From positions 15,500-79,499 of the forward strand of contig CAMRSV010000004.1 in assembly GCA_947053455.1 (NCBI GenBank): DNA of 64,000 nt. Reading direction: 5' to 3'. Positions 1-9,659 of the stretch are shown here, one piece after another. A program made the translations under genes and the position numbers. The notes under the pieces were generated by a model that searched no databases, was not told the origin of the DNA, and saw only the letters and a program-made list of their open reading frames with translations. The stretch comes from an uncultured Alphaproteobacteria bacterium. Lineage in GTDB: Bacteria; Pseudomonadota; Alphaproteobacteria; Rs-D84. The stretch's first letter is position 1, and every line of letters begins with the position of its first letter.

Positions 1-318
1 GCCCGTACGGCTGATATCGTCGTCGTGTGTGTACTGAACAGAACCGTGCACGGCCCAACGATCGGTAATGCCATATCCCATTTCTTCCTGAATACGGATA
101 ATCGGGAATTCGACCTTGCCGTCATGATTTTTCGCCTTGTGCGCGTCGGACGAATCCGCGACCTTTAACATAACGCCGTTTGATAATTTCGAATAAAACA
201 TTTTGGTTGTCGGCATGTACAACGGGTTTTCCATATTGGAAAGCGTTGTCTGCGCCGCCATCGCAGGCGACGCCAGCACGGATGCCGCCACCGCCAATTT
301 CAAAGATTTTTTCATCAT
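1..318 (-). CDS. Exported, probable outer-membrane beta-barrel protein (runs off window edge)
   Basis: Manual translation MMKKSLKLAVAASVLASPAMA-AQTT...MGYGITDRWAVHGSVQYTH: signal peptide, amphipathic strands, GGAG RBS. Confidence 0.6.
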   Translation of the reverse strand, partial: MMKKSLKLAVAASVLASPAMAAQTTLSNMENPLYMPTTKMFYSKLSNGVMLKVADSSDAHKAKNHDGKVEFPIIRIQEEMGYGITDRWAVHGSVQYTHDDDISRTG

Positions 319-528
319 ATAACTCCTTGTTTTCGATGAAATTCCACGGCCCCCATTATTGGCAAGACCGGGGCTCGTACCCACACCGCCCATTATTGGC
401 AACAGTATGTTTTGGTGATACGAACCAGCATATAATGGCACCGTATGGGAATAAAGTCAAAAAAACTTTTATCTTGACATATTGGGCTTGAAAGGGTAAG
501 CACCCAGACCTGTCCCCATGATGGGGGC

Positions 529-1767
529 TTATTTATGTTTATACGCCAATGTGTATTCGGGTAATTTATCCGCATTCTGCCCCAGCCATTGGGCGGGAAT
601 AATCAGGCTGCTGTGCTGACCGGCGGACATTTTGGGCATATTCATACCGTTGGCGGCGTTTATTATTTGCGGCAATTTTACAGTTATCTTGTCTGTGGTG
701 GGTGATAAAAATGTTATTTCATCGCCCGCACGTATCTCATTACGCAGTTCTAGGATTATATCGCCTTTTTGCATTCCGGTAACTACGCCCGCCGCGTGGT
801 AATCTGATGTGCTGCGCGTGGTGTTATAATCGTGTGCGTCATGTGTGACCGGGCCGTCAAAAAACGCAGTTGTATATCCGCGTGTTTCTAATATATTCAA
901 GTCATTCATAAAAGGCGTCGGGTCAAAGTTTTCAGGATTTTTCGCAATCGCATCTAGTGCGGCGCGGTATGCGCGGACAACACTGCCAACGTAATATTCA
1001 CTGCGGTTGCGACCCTCAATTTTTAGCGAGTCTGGACCTGCCGCCACAACGTCAAGCAGGCGTGGCATTAGGCATAAATCTTTTGCATTCATTATATATG
1101 CGCCGCGGGTATCTTCTTCGATTGGCATTTCAAGCCCCGATTCCCGTTCGCGTAAAATAACGTCGTATTTCCAACGGCACAGTTGCGCGCACGCACCGCG
1201 GTTGGCCGGTCGACCCGTTATAAAGTTAGACAGCAGGCATCGGCCAGAATAACTCATGCACATTGCGCCGTGAACGAATATTTCAAGCCCTATGTCAGGG
1301 CATGCGGCGCGTATTGACTTAAATTCATTATGGGACACTTCGCGTGCAAGTACGCACAGTGATGCCCCGGCCGCCGCCCAGAATTTTACGGAGTTAGCCG
1401 AGCAAATGTTGGCCTGGGTTGATATATGGATTTTCATATCTGGGTGGTTTTCACGTACCCACATAACAACACCGGGGTCGGACACAATCAGTGCATCCGG
1501 CCGCAGATAATTTATCACGTCACGTACGCGATCCATGTTTGCATAGTCACCATCATGCGCAAACAAATTGAACGCCAGGTACACTTTTTTACCCGCCGCA
1601 TGTGCCAAGTCAATTCCAGCCTTTACCTCATCGGTGGTGATTTTTGCGCGTGCACGCATTGAAAAACCGGGCAGTCCTGCGTATATTGCGTCTGCGCCGT
1701 ATAAAATCGCGGTTTTGAATGCATCCAATGTTCCGGCCGGCGCCAACAGTTCGGGTAATTTAATCAT
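529..1767 (-). CDS. U32 peptidase family protein (TrhP/YegQ-like tRNA hydroxylation)
   Basis: PELLAPAG, HGAMCMSYSGRC, NRGACAQLCR and SLKIEGR motifs. Confidence 0.9.
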   Translation of the reverse strand: MIKLPELLAPAGTLDAFKTAILYGADAIYAGLPGFSMRARAKITTDEVKAGIDLAHAAGKKVYLAFNLFAHDGDYANMDRVRDVINYLRPDALIVSDPGVVMWVRENHPDMKIHISTQANICSANSVKFWAAAGASLCVLAREVSHNEFKSIRAACPDIGLEIFVHGAMCMSYSGRCLLSNFITGRPANRGACAQLCRWKYDVILRERESGLEMPIEEDTRGAYIMNAKDLCLMPRLLDVVAAGPDSLKIEGRNRSEYYVGSVVRAYRAALDAIAKNPENFDPTPFMNDLNILETRGYTTAFFDGPVTHDAHDYNTTRSTSDYHAAGVVTGMQKGDIILELRNEIRAGDEITFLSPTTDKITVKLPQIINAANGMNMPKMSAGQHSSLIIPAQWLGQNADKLPEYTLAYKHK

Positions 1768-1874
1768 TTACAATCCTTTGCCGTATATTTTTAATCAATA
1801 TTTTATAAAAGCAAATAAATTATGAATTTTTGAGCTTGAAATTATGATTTTAACAATGTATAGTAAAGTCCGTT

Positions 1875-1950
1875 GCCAGTTTAGCTCAGTTGGTAGAGCA
1901 TCTGATTTGTAATCAGAGGGTCGTTGGTTCAAGTCCGACAACTGGCACCA
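1875..1950 (+). tRNA. tRNA-Thr(UGU)
   Basis: 76-nt cloverleaf GCCAGTT..AACTGGC-ACCA; anticodon arm TCTGA-TT-TGT-AA-TCAGA; GGTTCAAGTCC T-arm. Confidence 0.97.
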
Positions 1951-1974
1951 GAATTAACGCGGGCTCGCGGATTT

Positions 1975-3060
1975 TTATTTGGGCCAAATCCACTGTGGAC
2001 CCATTATATCGCCAAAGGTGGCAGCGCGTGATTGCTTTTTATTGACTTCATCAAGGTCGGGGCGCCCCAGTCGGCGTGCCGCCAAATGAAACGAAAATAA
2101 TGTCGGAAATTGTTCGGCGGCTATTTGTTGGTGGGGCCACGCGACCTGGCCCGACAAATACGGGGCCAGGAAATCAAACGCGCGTTCAATCCCAAAGCCG
2201 GCCACTCCGCGCCAATTCCATAGGTCAATTCCAATGCCATTCGCCAATTCTGCAATCAATGCCATTGCATTTAAATGAAATAGGCAGTAATGTAGCGAAC
2301 GTGTCCGCTGCAATTCACCGAAAAAGCATCCCTTGTTGTCCAGCCGTTCGTTTATAAGCCGCTTATACATGTCGACGGCGGCATGAATTTGTGCGTCACG
2401 GTTTCCGGCAAATATGGAAAACGCCATTATCTGGGTCGCCCACCATGCAGAAATGTTATTTCCGATATCGCGCGCGGCGATACCGTTGGAACTGTACATC
2501 AGCCAGTCTGAATATTGCCCAAACCATTTGCGCATGCTGTCGAAAAAATCGTTATTCATATTCGTCGCATTCAGAAAATCCATTGCCAAAACAAAATTTA
2601 GCCACATGTGCGAATCAATAATTCCGGCGGGCCTTCCTGTGTTTACGCCGGGCACCATTTGCGCATTTTCAAGGTGTGGCCGCATTCCGTTTTGATAATC
2701 AAGAAACCATTTGGTCATGCGTCCTGTCGCGTCCATGGCATATTTTTTATCAATAAAAAATCCGGCCACCGCCAGTTGCAACACATCGCGCGCCAGTTCG
2801 CGCATGGTCGCCTTGGGGCCGTAATCGGATGCCAGGTTCGCAATTCCGTCACGTGATACCCACGGCAGGCCGTCTGCTGTTTCTGGGTTTGGATGATAGT
2901 AGCGGCCGATACTGTAATAATTTCGCGCATCGATGTCCGGGCGTGCAAAATTTGTGACGGAAATCGTGGCGTGTTTAAGTATTCGGTTGGCCGTGACGCG
3001 TAGCGTATTCAGATTTTCCGGTCGTGGAGGCGATAATTTTTTTGGGTTAACCAATACCAT
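1975..3060 (-). CDS. Alginate lyase family polysaccharide lyase, no signal peptide
   Basis: YYSxGRYYHPNP-DGLPWVxRDG, MRPHLENAQ, GIID, NNxxxW and ELxRTRSLHY motifs. Confidence 0.75.
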   Translation of the reverse strand: MVLVNPKKLSPPRPENLNTLRVTANRILKHATISVTNFARPDIDARNYYSIGRYYHPNPETADGLPWVSRDGIANLASDYGPKATMRELARDVLQLAVAGFFIDKKYAMDATGRMTKWFLDYQNGMRPHLENAQMVPGVNTGRPAGIIDSHMWLNFVLAMDFLNATNMNNDFFDSMRKWFGQYSDWLMYSSNGIAARDIGNNISAWWATQIMAFSIFAGNRDAQIHAAVDMYKRLINERLDNKGCFFGELQRTRSLHYCLFHLNAMALIAELANGIGIDLWNWRGVAGFGIERAFDFLAPYLSGQVAWPHQQIAAEQFPTLFSFHLAARRLGRPDLDEVNKKQSRAATFGDIMGPQWIWPK

Positions 3061-3141
3061 TTCAATGTGGATTATATCATACTTTGCGCATCGGTGGGTA
3101 AAAAAAACACCCCGGTGGTGACCGGGGTGGAGGGCTCGTGA

Positions 3142-3705
3142 TTATTTTCTACGTCTTGTTGCGCTTTGGCTGCGGGTGGTGCGATCGGATGTCGCCTGGC
3201 GACGCGCGGCCGTGGAATTGCGCATATGGGCGTTATCATCGCTGTAATCATCATCATCGTCGTCTTCATTTATAATGTCCGCGATGTTGACGTCTGATTG
3301 CGCGAATATTTTTTTCAAAGTGTTTTTGGTTTCCGGATGTTTGTTGGCATATTTTTTTACACCAATCAATGCCGCCGCCGTTAGGAATTTTTCAATGTCG
3401 CCGCGTGATACATTTGCAGAAACCTTGTTCTTGACGGTATCCCATGCATCATGTGCGGCATCTTTGGCGCGGTAAATCAAGGAATGACGATGGCGGTTTG
3501 CAATGAATATTTCATGTATCCACATGCAAATCAAAAATACCAACAGCGGTATCACAACCATCCCAATAAAGTATTTGTAACCCTCGGACATACAAAACGA
3601 GCCGCCGAACAGTGCGTCGCATGTGCGCGGACAGTGCAGCAAAATTCCCGCAATGATTTCATAAAGTGAAAAAATAGTGAAATATATTTTAGTTTTTAGA
3701 AACAT
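3142..3705 (-). CDS. Hypothetical membrane protein with acidic/basic tail
   Basis: Two TM segments, poly-Asp tract; AGGAG RBS before ATG 3705. Confidence 0.6.
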   Translation of the reverse strand: MFLKTKIYFTIFSLYEIIAGILLHCPRTCDALFGGSFCMSEGYKYFIGMVVIPLLVFLICMWIHEIFIANRHRHSLIYRAKDAAHDAWDTVKNKVSANVSRGDIEKFLTAAALIGVKKYANKHPETKNTLKKIFAQSDVNIADIINEDDDDDDYSDDNAHMRNSTAARRQATSDRTTRSQSATRRRK

Positions 3706-3814
3706 TTTTCTCTCCTTGTATATTGTGATTATCATATATGTTTGTGCATAAGTCACTAGGAACGAATCCGCAAAAAAAAATCCGCCAAGCGGCGGATTCA
3801 TTTTACTTTTTAAC

Positions 3815-4585
3815 TTATTCATCAAAATCTTTTTCTGCGTCGCGAATTTCTTCGGCGCGTGCCGCCGTTTCGATTTGCAGCAGCTGGTTTTCCAATGCGG
3901 TTCGTTCCGAAGACTTATATCCCGTTTCTGTCTGATTTTCGCCGACCGGTTCGGTTGCCGCGTTTGTTTTTCCAGACACTGGGGCAGGGCTTAAATTCTT
4001 TTTATCAAGAACCGCCGGATTAATTAGATTTTTATAAATCTCCATTGCTTCATGTGTGCCGGTCATGTCGCGTGCCAATAATTTGTTTTCGCCGCCAGGT
4101 ATAAACCATTCATCCAGTTTTACCGCCGTCAATTGCATAATCGGGCGCGTGCGTGCGTTCGCAATCCATTGCGGCAGAAATGGTGAATCTGAATAGTACC
4201 AAAGTGCAACCCAATACACAACGCCCATGACAACGACGCCGCGTGTTATACCAAATATTACGCCCAACGTGTGGTCGGTGACGTTCATTATGCTGCGTTG
4301 TATACGGTCGCGTAATTTCTGGTTAAAGAATCCGACCAGCATCAATATCGCGAAAAATACAATAAAGTACGATGCGATTAGTGTGCCAACCGTAGATTCA
4401 GACAATCCGAACCATGATTGCAGCAATTTGTCCAAAACAGGTGATGCAAATCGTGCCGCAACCGCAGCCACAACCCATGACATGGTTGCAACCGTTTCAA
4501 AAATTCCACCGCGCAATGTTGCCCAAATTGTTGACGCCAACACAACAGCTACATAAACATAATCAAGTCCAGTTAAATCAAACAT
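3815..4585 (-). CDS. cvpA: CvpA (colicin V production) family protein
   Basis: LDY...LRGGIFE and DHTLGVIFGITRG motifs, 4 TM. Confidence 0.85.
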   Translation of the reverse strand: MFDLTGLDYVYVAVVLASTIWATLRGGIFETVATMSWVVAAVAARFASPVLDKLLQSWFGLSESTVGTLIASYFIVFFAILMLVGFFNQKLRDRIQRSIMNVTDHTLGVIFGITRGVVVMGVVYWVALWYYSDSPFLPQWIANARTRPIMQLTAVKLDEWFIPGGENKLLARDMTGTHEAMEIYKNLINPAVLDKKNLSPAPVSGKTNAATEPVGENQTETGYKSSERTALENQLLQIETAARAEEIRDAEKDFDE

Positions 4586-4602
4586 TGCTTTTTCCTGATT
4601 AA

Positions 4603-5160
4603 TTATTTTTTATTTTTATTGCCGCGCAACATTACAAAACCCAGCGAGCCAACCAATACAATCAGCAACCCGTAAAACCAGAAATTTCCATCCACGTTAG
4701 AGTTTTTTTTTGCGACTTGTTCTGTAACGGTGCCCGCGCGGTCGGTGTGTGCTGCACGAAACGCATCCGCGTCGGAATCCATCGCCTTTTTATTTTCTGC
4801 CGCCGCGGCAACTGCATCGGCGGGCAAGTCCGCCTCTATTGCGGTGCGAATATCGGACTGCATGAAATCGGCATATCCTTGGAAGCATTTTTCACCAATC
4901 ACCAAAACCGGCACACCACCCGATTTGTATTCGCATTTTTCTAAAGTTTTAAAGAATTCATCACGGTTTTCTTCGTCCATGACATTAACGCTTTTTACAC
5001 TAATTTGCGGATATTCATATACCAGTCGACTTTCGATAAATTCACGCGCATGATGACAATGCGGACATGTCGGCGAATAATATAGGGTTATGTTTGCCGC
5101 ATTTGCAGCCCCCACAAAAGACATTGTCAATATCGCAGCCACTTTGAATAATATTTGCAT
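4603..5160 (-). CDS. Exported glutaredoxin/thioredoxin-fold protein with C-terminal anchor
   Basis: Signal peptide, YYSPTCPHC, GVP cis-Pro motif, C-terminal TM. Confidence 0.8.
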   Translation of the reverse strand: MQILFKVAAILTMSFVGAANAANITLYYSPTCPHCHHAREFIESRLVYEYPQISVKSVNVMDEENRDEFFKTLEKCEYKSGGVPVLVIGEKCFQGYADFMQSDIRTAIEADLPADAVAAAAENKKAMDSDADAFRAAHTDRAGTVTEQVAKKNSNVDGNFWFYGLLIVLVGSLGFVMLRGNKNKK

Positions 5161-5296
5161 ATTTTCTCCTTAATCTATTGATTTTTTATTATAGAAATAC
5201 ATGGCGCCTGGTGCAAGCGGTTTTTCAAAATGCGGTGTAAATTTTTCCTGTTGTGTTTGGCGGCATATGGCGGCACAATCAAGCCCAAGGGGGAAC

Positions 5297-5887
5297 ATGA
5301 ACATGTTTACATTGACACAATTTCCGTTGCCATTTGAATATGATGCGCTTGAACCGCATATGTCTGAAAATACACTGCATTTTCATCATGACAAACATTT
5401 GGCGACATATATCAACAATCTGAACGATTTGATTGATGGTACAGAATATGAGGCAATGCCGTTGCGTAAAATTATAAAAAAGGCGGCTGCGGAAAACGCG
5501 ACAAAAATTTTTAATAATTCTGCCCAGGTTTTTAATCATGATTTCTTTTTCCATTGTCTGCGACGCGGCGGCGGTGGGCGCGTGCCGGACGAAATTGCCG
5601 ATGCCTTTGGCGGGGCGGACGCTTTTTGCGCTGAATTCAAATCAACGGCCGCCGCAATATTCGGCAGTGGCTGGGCATGGGTGGCGCGTGATGGCGATAC
5701 GCTTAAAATCATTGCTGGGAAAAATGCCGACACACCGATTGCACATGGAATGCAGCCGATTTTGGCATTGGATGTATGGGAACATGCATATTACTTGGAC
5801 TATCAAAACAGGCGCGCGGATTTTATAGATTCATTCCTGGAACGAATGGTGAATTGGGATTTTGTGCTGGAAAATCTGAAGATGTAA
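5297..5887 (+). CDS. sodB: Fe/Mn superoxide dismutase
   Basis: LPFEYDALEPH, HHDKH, FNNSAQVFNH (Fe-type), DVWEHAYY. Confidence 0.93.
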   Translation: MNMFTLTQFPLPFEYDALEPHMSENTLHFHHDKHLATYINNLNDLIDGTEYEAMPLRKIIKKAAAENATKIFNNSAQVFNHDFFFHCLRRGGGGRVPDEIADAFGGADAFCAEFKSTAAAIFGSGWAWVARDGDTLKIIAGKNADTPIAHGMQPILALDVWEHAYYLDYQNRRADFIDSFLERMVNWDFVLENLKM

Positions 5888-5914
5888 CAAGCGGGCGGGG
5901 TGATCCCGCCCGGT

Positions 5915-7300
5915 TTAATATCTGTCGTATATAACAGGTGTTTTGTTTGTTGTATAAATACGGTTGTTGTTTTTATTATTGTAATAAACATAAATTATAT
6001 TCACCGCATCGGGCGCGACCCATGGGTTAAAGTTGCCGATAACTTGGCGTGTTGTATTCGTTGGGAAAACCGCGTGAAATGTGTTATCAAAAACGCGACT
6101 GAAGTTATCGGCAAAATTTGGTGTTGCGATTACGTTCATTATTACAATACCGCCCGGCGCAATACGCGATTTTATCCGTTCCATAAATTCTGCGGTTATA
6201 AAAGCCTCTGGTATTTGAAAGGAATTAGAATATACATCCAGTAATATGACATCATATTTTGTTGATGTGTTTTTCAAAAATTGACCGGCATCTTGGACTA
6301 TGAATTTTTTATTTGGTGTCAGTTTTTGTTGCAAGAATTTTTCTTCTGATATGTCTTTTAATGTGTGTTCTATGTCGACAAAGGTATAGTCGTTGTATTC
6401 ATCCCGCAGTCCGGCGGTAAAACCGCCGGCCCCCAGAACCAATATTTTTCGCACATGGTCGTTTGGCATTGTATACAAGAAATTGTCATTTATATAATTT
6501 ATATATTCCGCCGACATGCCTGTTGCTGGAACGTACACAGACATCGGTAGGCCGTTCATGTTTAAAATTCGCATGCCGGGGTATTGTGAAACTGAAATGG
6601 TGGAATTGGCGTTGTTTACCAGTATGCCGAAATTATTGTGTTGATATTTATTACTGTTTATATACATTGTTGGCGCAAGTATTAATAACGACGCTATTAT
6701 TATCCACACGCGTGGCCATGACAAGATTGCGCATGTGCACGCTAGTATTGCGATTGTCGCGACCGTATAATTTACGCCGATGAATGGCATAAGTATCAAT
6801 GTTGTCAGCAGGGAACCCAAAACCGAGCCGATTGTGTCCCATGCCATTATAGTTCCGGTATAATTGGTATTGTGTTCGTGCAATGCGCGCGACAGCAGCG
6901 TTGTGTTAAACCCGAATAAAAACGGCCCGATTGACAGCATTGCAAACGAATATATAAATGTTTGGGCAATGGCGCGTGTTGCCCCAATGCGGTACAGCCA
7001 TGTGAAATAGTTTGTAACCAACGGAAAACTTGCGGCAAGAAATGAAAATATTGCAATTACGATAAAACTGGCGCCCAGAATACGGCGAATTTTGCCATTT
7101 GATATTTTTTTTGATGAACCCAGGAAATATCCCAACGACATAAAACCCAGAAATGTGCCCATTATAATGCTGGTGATAACCGCGCTGGATCCGACATAGA
7201 ACCCAAGCTGACGTAGTATTACAAGTTCCAGCGATAAACTGATGTAACCGTTAAGAAATATCAACCCCAGCAACACAAATGCGAGTTTTTTGTTTTGCAT
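5915..7300 (-). CDS. Fused membrane domain / spermidine synthase-like SAM-dependent transferase
   Basis: About 7 TM, then ILVLGAGG, VDIE, DA, YDVILLDVY. Confidence 0.8.
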   Translation of the reverse strand: MQNKKLAFVLLGLIFLNGYISLSLELVILRQLGFYVGSSAVITSIIMGTFLGFMSLGYFLGSSKKISNGKIRRILGASFIVIAIFSFLAASFPLVTNYFTWLYRIGATRAIAQTFIYSFAMLSIGPFLFGFNTTLLSRALHEHNTNYTGTIMAWDTIGSVLGSLLTTLILMPFIGVNYTVATIAILACTCAILSWPRVWIIIASLLILAPTMYINSNKYQHNNFGILVNNANSTISVSQYPGMRILNMNGLPMSVYVPATGMSAEYINYINDNFLYTMPNDHVRKILVLGAGGFTAGLRDEYNDYTFVDIEHTLKDISEEKFLQQKLTPNKKFIVQDAGQFLKNTSTKYDVILLDVYSNSFQIPEAFITAEFMERIKSRIAPGGIVIMNVIATPNFADNFSRVFDNTFHAVFPTNTTRQVIGNFNPWVAPDAVNIIYVYYNNKNNNRIYTTNKTPVIYDRY

Positions 7301-7361
7301 GTCCTTCCCCTTGATTTAAGGCATGCTAGTAAAAAAATAGAATTTAGGCAAATCAAATTAA

Positions 7362-7658
7362 TCAATGCGCGTTCATCAAACGTACGTCATCAAATTCTGG
7401 ATACCGACAGAACATCGCGCGTGCGAACGGGCATAGTGGTATTATCTTGCGTTTTTGATTGCGCGCCAGTCCCGCGACACGTCGTACAAGATTCAATCCG
7501 ATTTGTGAATGTTGGTATGCAGGTTCAACATCCGTGTGGTCTATGATAAGTTTATCAAGTCCAACGCGCACGAAAGTTATTTCGCCAACATGTTTGCCGT
7601 TTTTATCTGCGTTAAATCCAAGCCCGTTGTCAAATAAAACATAGTCTATGTTATCCAT
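7362..7658 (-). CDS. GNAT family acetyltransferase (YjdJ-like)
   Basis: IIDHTDV...IG..LV and IIPLCPFA. Confidence 0.85.
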   Translation of the reverse strand: MDNIDYVLFDNGLGFNADKNGKHVGEITFVRVGLDKLIIDHTDVEPAYQHSQIGLNLVRRVAGLARNQKRKIIPLCPFARAMFCRYPEFDDVRLMNAH

Positions 7659-7734
7659 ATCATTTTCCCCCGTACAATTTGATGATAACACGTGGGTTGC
7701 ATGATATAAATATGATTGTTATCCGACTAAAATT

Positions 7735-8337
7735 TCATTCCATCCAATAACAGCGGGTGTCCGAAACTTCATATGTCCCTGTTATATCAGTGCCTGTTTT
7801 GTTTTGTATTATATAACAATCTGTTATAGGTGATTTAACATCATTTGCGTATCCGTTGTTGGGACATTGATGACAGTCATCATCTATTTCTGAATAATAA
7901 TAGTGTTCATTATAGCAATAATTGCATTTCGTGCTGGTATGCCCGTCGGCACCGCCGGCATGATTGCCGTTCTCGCATGGTTCGCAGGTACTGTCTGTAT
8001 AGTATTCGTCGTATCTGCATGTATAATTTGTGATTGTACAGTTTGTAAGGGATGTAAGTGTATTTATAAGGTTTGCTTGGCCATCATATTCCAGGCATGC
8101 GCCCCAGCGTCCGTTCCAATATTCCGCTTCTAGTTCTTGTGAACGCGTGTTTGCTCTGTTTGTGCCGACCAGACATTCCAATTCATATAGTTCATCCGGA
8201 TTCGAAATGCTGAGTGGGGCCAATATATGTCCGTCGGAATTTAATTGACCACATATAGTGTTTCTAAATAAGCCGGCTGCTTTCGCGGGCACGGTTGCTA
8301 ACAATAAAATTGCCATTATCATGAATATCTTTTTCAT
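7735..8337 (-). CDS. Secreted cysteine-rich protein
   Basis: Signal peptide; repeated CxxC / CxxCP motifs. Confidence 0.7.
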   Translation of the reverse strand: MKKIFMIMAILLLATVPAKAAGLFRNTICGQLNSDGHILAPLSISNPDELYELECLVGTNRANTRSQELEAEYWNGRWGACLEYDGQANLINTLTSLTNCTITNYTCRYDEYYTDSTCEPCENGNHAGGADGHTSTKCNYCYNEHYYYSEIDDDCHQCPNNGYANDVKSPITDCYIIQNKTGTDITGTYEVSDTRCYWME

Positions 8338-8368
8338 TTCCTGTATCCCCCTTGTGTTTTGTTTTAAC

Positions 8369-8573
8369 AAAAAACCACCAATTGTATGGTGGTCGGGATG
8401 TTAGAAAAATCATATACCTTAATGACCTCGCAGCTTTTGGAATTAAACCTGTTATATAACTGCGACAACCCGACCTGTGCGTCGGGGATGACGTCGCACG
8501 CGACGTCATGAATTTTTAACGATGCTGCCTAATGCGTGCACCGAAGGTATAAGGGATTTTCTAAGTCCCGAAT
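8369..8573 (-). ncRNA. C4/CI-like structured RNA leader, copy B (85-nt core 8391-8475)
   Basis: Collinear and covarying with 25911-26112; GGTCGGG..CCCGACC-ACCA closing stem, two internal hairpins, upstream complementary boxes, downstream U-tailed hairpin. Confidence 0.7.
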
Positions 8574-8657
8574 CCGCATTCCTTACGAATTTAATAAAAA
8601 GTATAAATTATCCGCTAATAAAAATAAAGATTAAAAAACGGGGACGTGCCCCGTTCT

Positions 8658-9602
8658 TTATTTTATTATCGCATCATAGTTTTTGCGGATTATTTTTTCA
8701 GATTTTTTAAGTGCCGATTTTTCATTCGTGGATAATTTCGGGGTTATTGTCGCGGCCACGCCGTCACGCCCAACAATGCGCGGCATTGATACCGCAACGG
8801 CATTCGTGCCGGTTCCGTTTACACTGCTGACGGTCATGATGCGGCGTTCATCGTTTATTATGCAACGCAGCAAATCTGCCGCTGCCGCGCCGATGCCATC
8901 CCATGTGGCGCCGCGGCCACGTATGATTTCGTACGCCGCGTTTCGTACACGGTGTTCAATTGTGTTGCGCGCGGTTTGGGTCAGTGGAACTTTTACCTGT
9001 CGGCAGAAATCATTGATTCCGATTGCGCCGATGCATGCCGAATCCCATGCGACAAAACTGCTGTCGCCATGTTCGCCCAGAACATACGCGTTTACAGATT
9101 GGGTTGATACGGTCAGTTGCCGTGACAATATTGTTCGCAGACGTGCTGAATCCAACATGGTTCCCGTGCCGATGACGCGGCCAGCCGGCAGTTTTGATAT
9201 TTTCTGGGTCAGCATTACCATCACATCCAATGGGTTTGTGACCACAATTATTTTTACATGTTTTGGGTCTGTGTTTGCCATTATCTTTGGCACGATGTCG
9301 CGAATTACATCCGCGTTTTTGTTTAACAAATCCATGCGGGTTTCACCCGGTTTTTGATTGGCACCGGCGGCGATTATAACCGTGTCTGCGCCGCGAATTG
9401 CCCGATAGTTGTTTGCCGCGGTTATTTTTACATCAAACCCGAAACTGGCGGCGTGTCCCAAATCTTCGGCGGCGGCACGTGCACGTACACCGTCGCGGTC
9501 AAATAAAACAATTTCATGTACAAATCCAGTATTTTTTACCGCGGTGGCCACGGCCGAACCAACGCTGCCCAATCCGATAATTGCTATTTTCATATTCGTC
9601 AT
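8658..9602 (-). CDS. ldh: L-lactate dehydrogenase
   Basis: GLGSVG, AGANQKPGETRMDL, VTNPLD, LDSARLR, LGEHGDS. Confidence 0.93.
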   Translation of the reverse strand: MTNMKIAIIGLGSVGSAVATAVKNTGFVHEIVLFDRDGVRARAAAEDLGHAASFGFDVKITAANNYRAIRGADTVIIAAGANQKPGETRMDLLNKNADVIRDIVPKIMANTDPKHVKIIVVTNPLDVMVMLTQKISKLPAGRVIGTGTMLDSARLRTILSRQLTVSTQSVNAYVLGEHGDSSFVAWDSACIGAIGINDFCRQVKVPLTQTARNTIEHRVRNAAYEIIRGRGATWDGIGAAAADLLRCIINDERRIMTVSSVNGTGTNAVAVSMPRIVGRDGVAATITPKLSTNEKSALKKSEKIIRKNYDAIIK

Positions 9603-9659
9603 CCTTTGGTTTCATACGGTCTATTATATCAAAAAATCCCCCATTTCGGGGGACTTTTT

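Noticed and set aside
8683-9357. Long antisense ORFs (also 30208-30903, 37702-38532, 55146-56081)
   Set aside because: Shadows of well-supported genes on the opposite strand, without motifs
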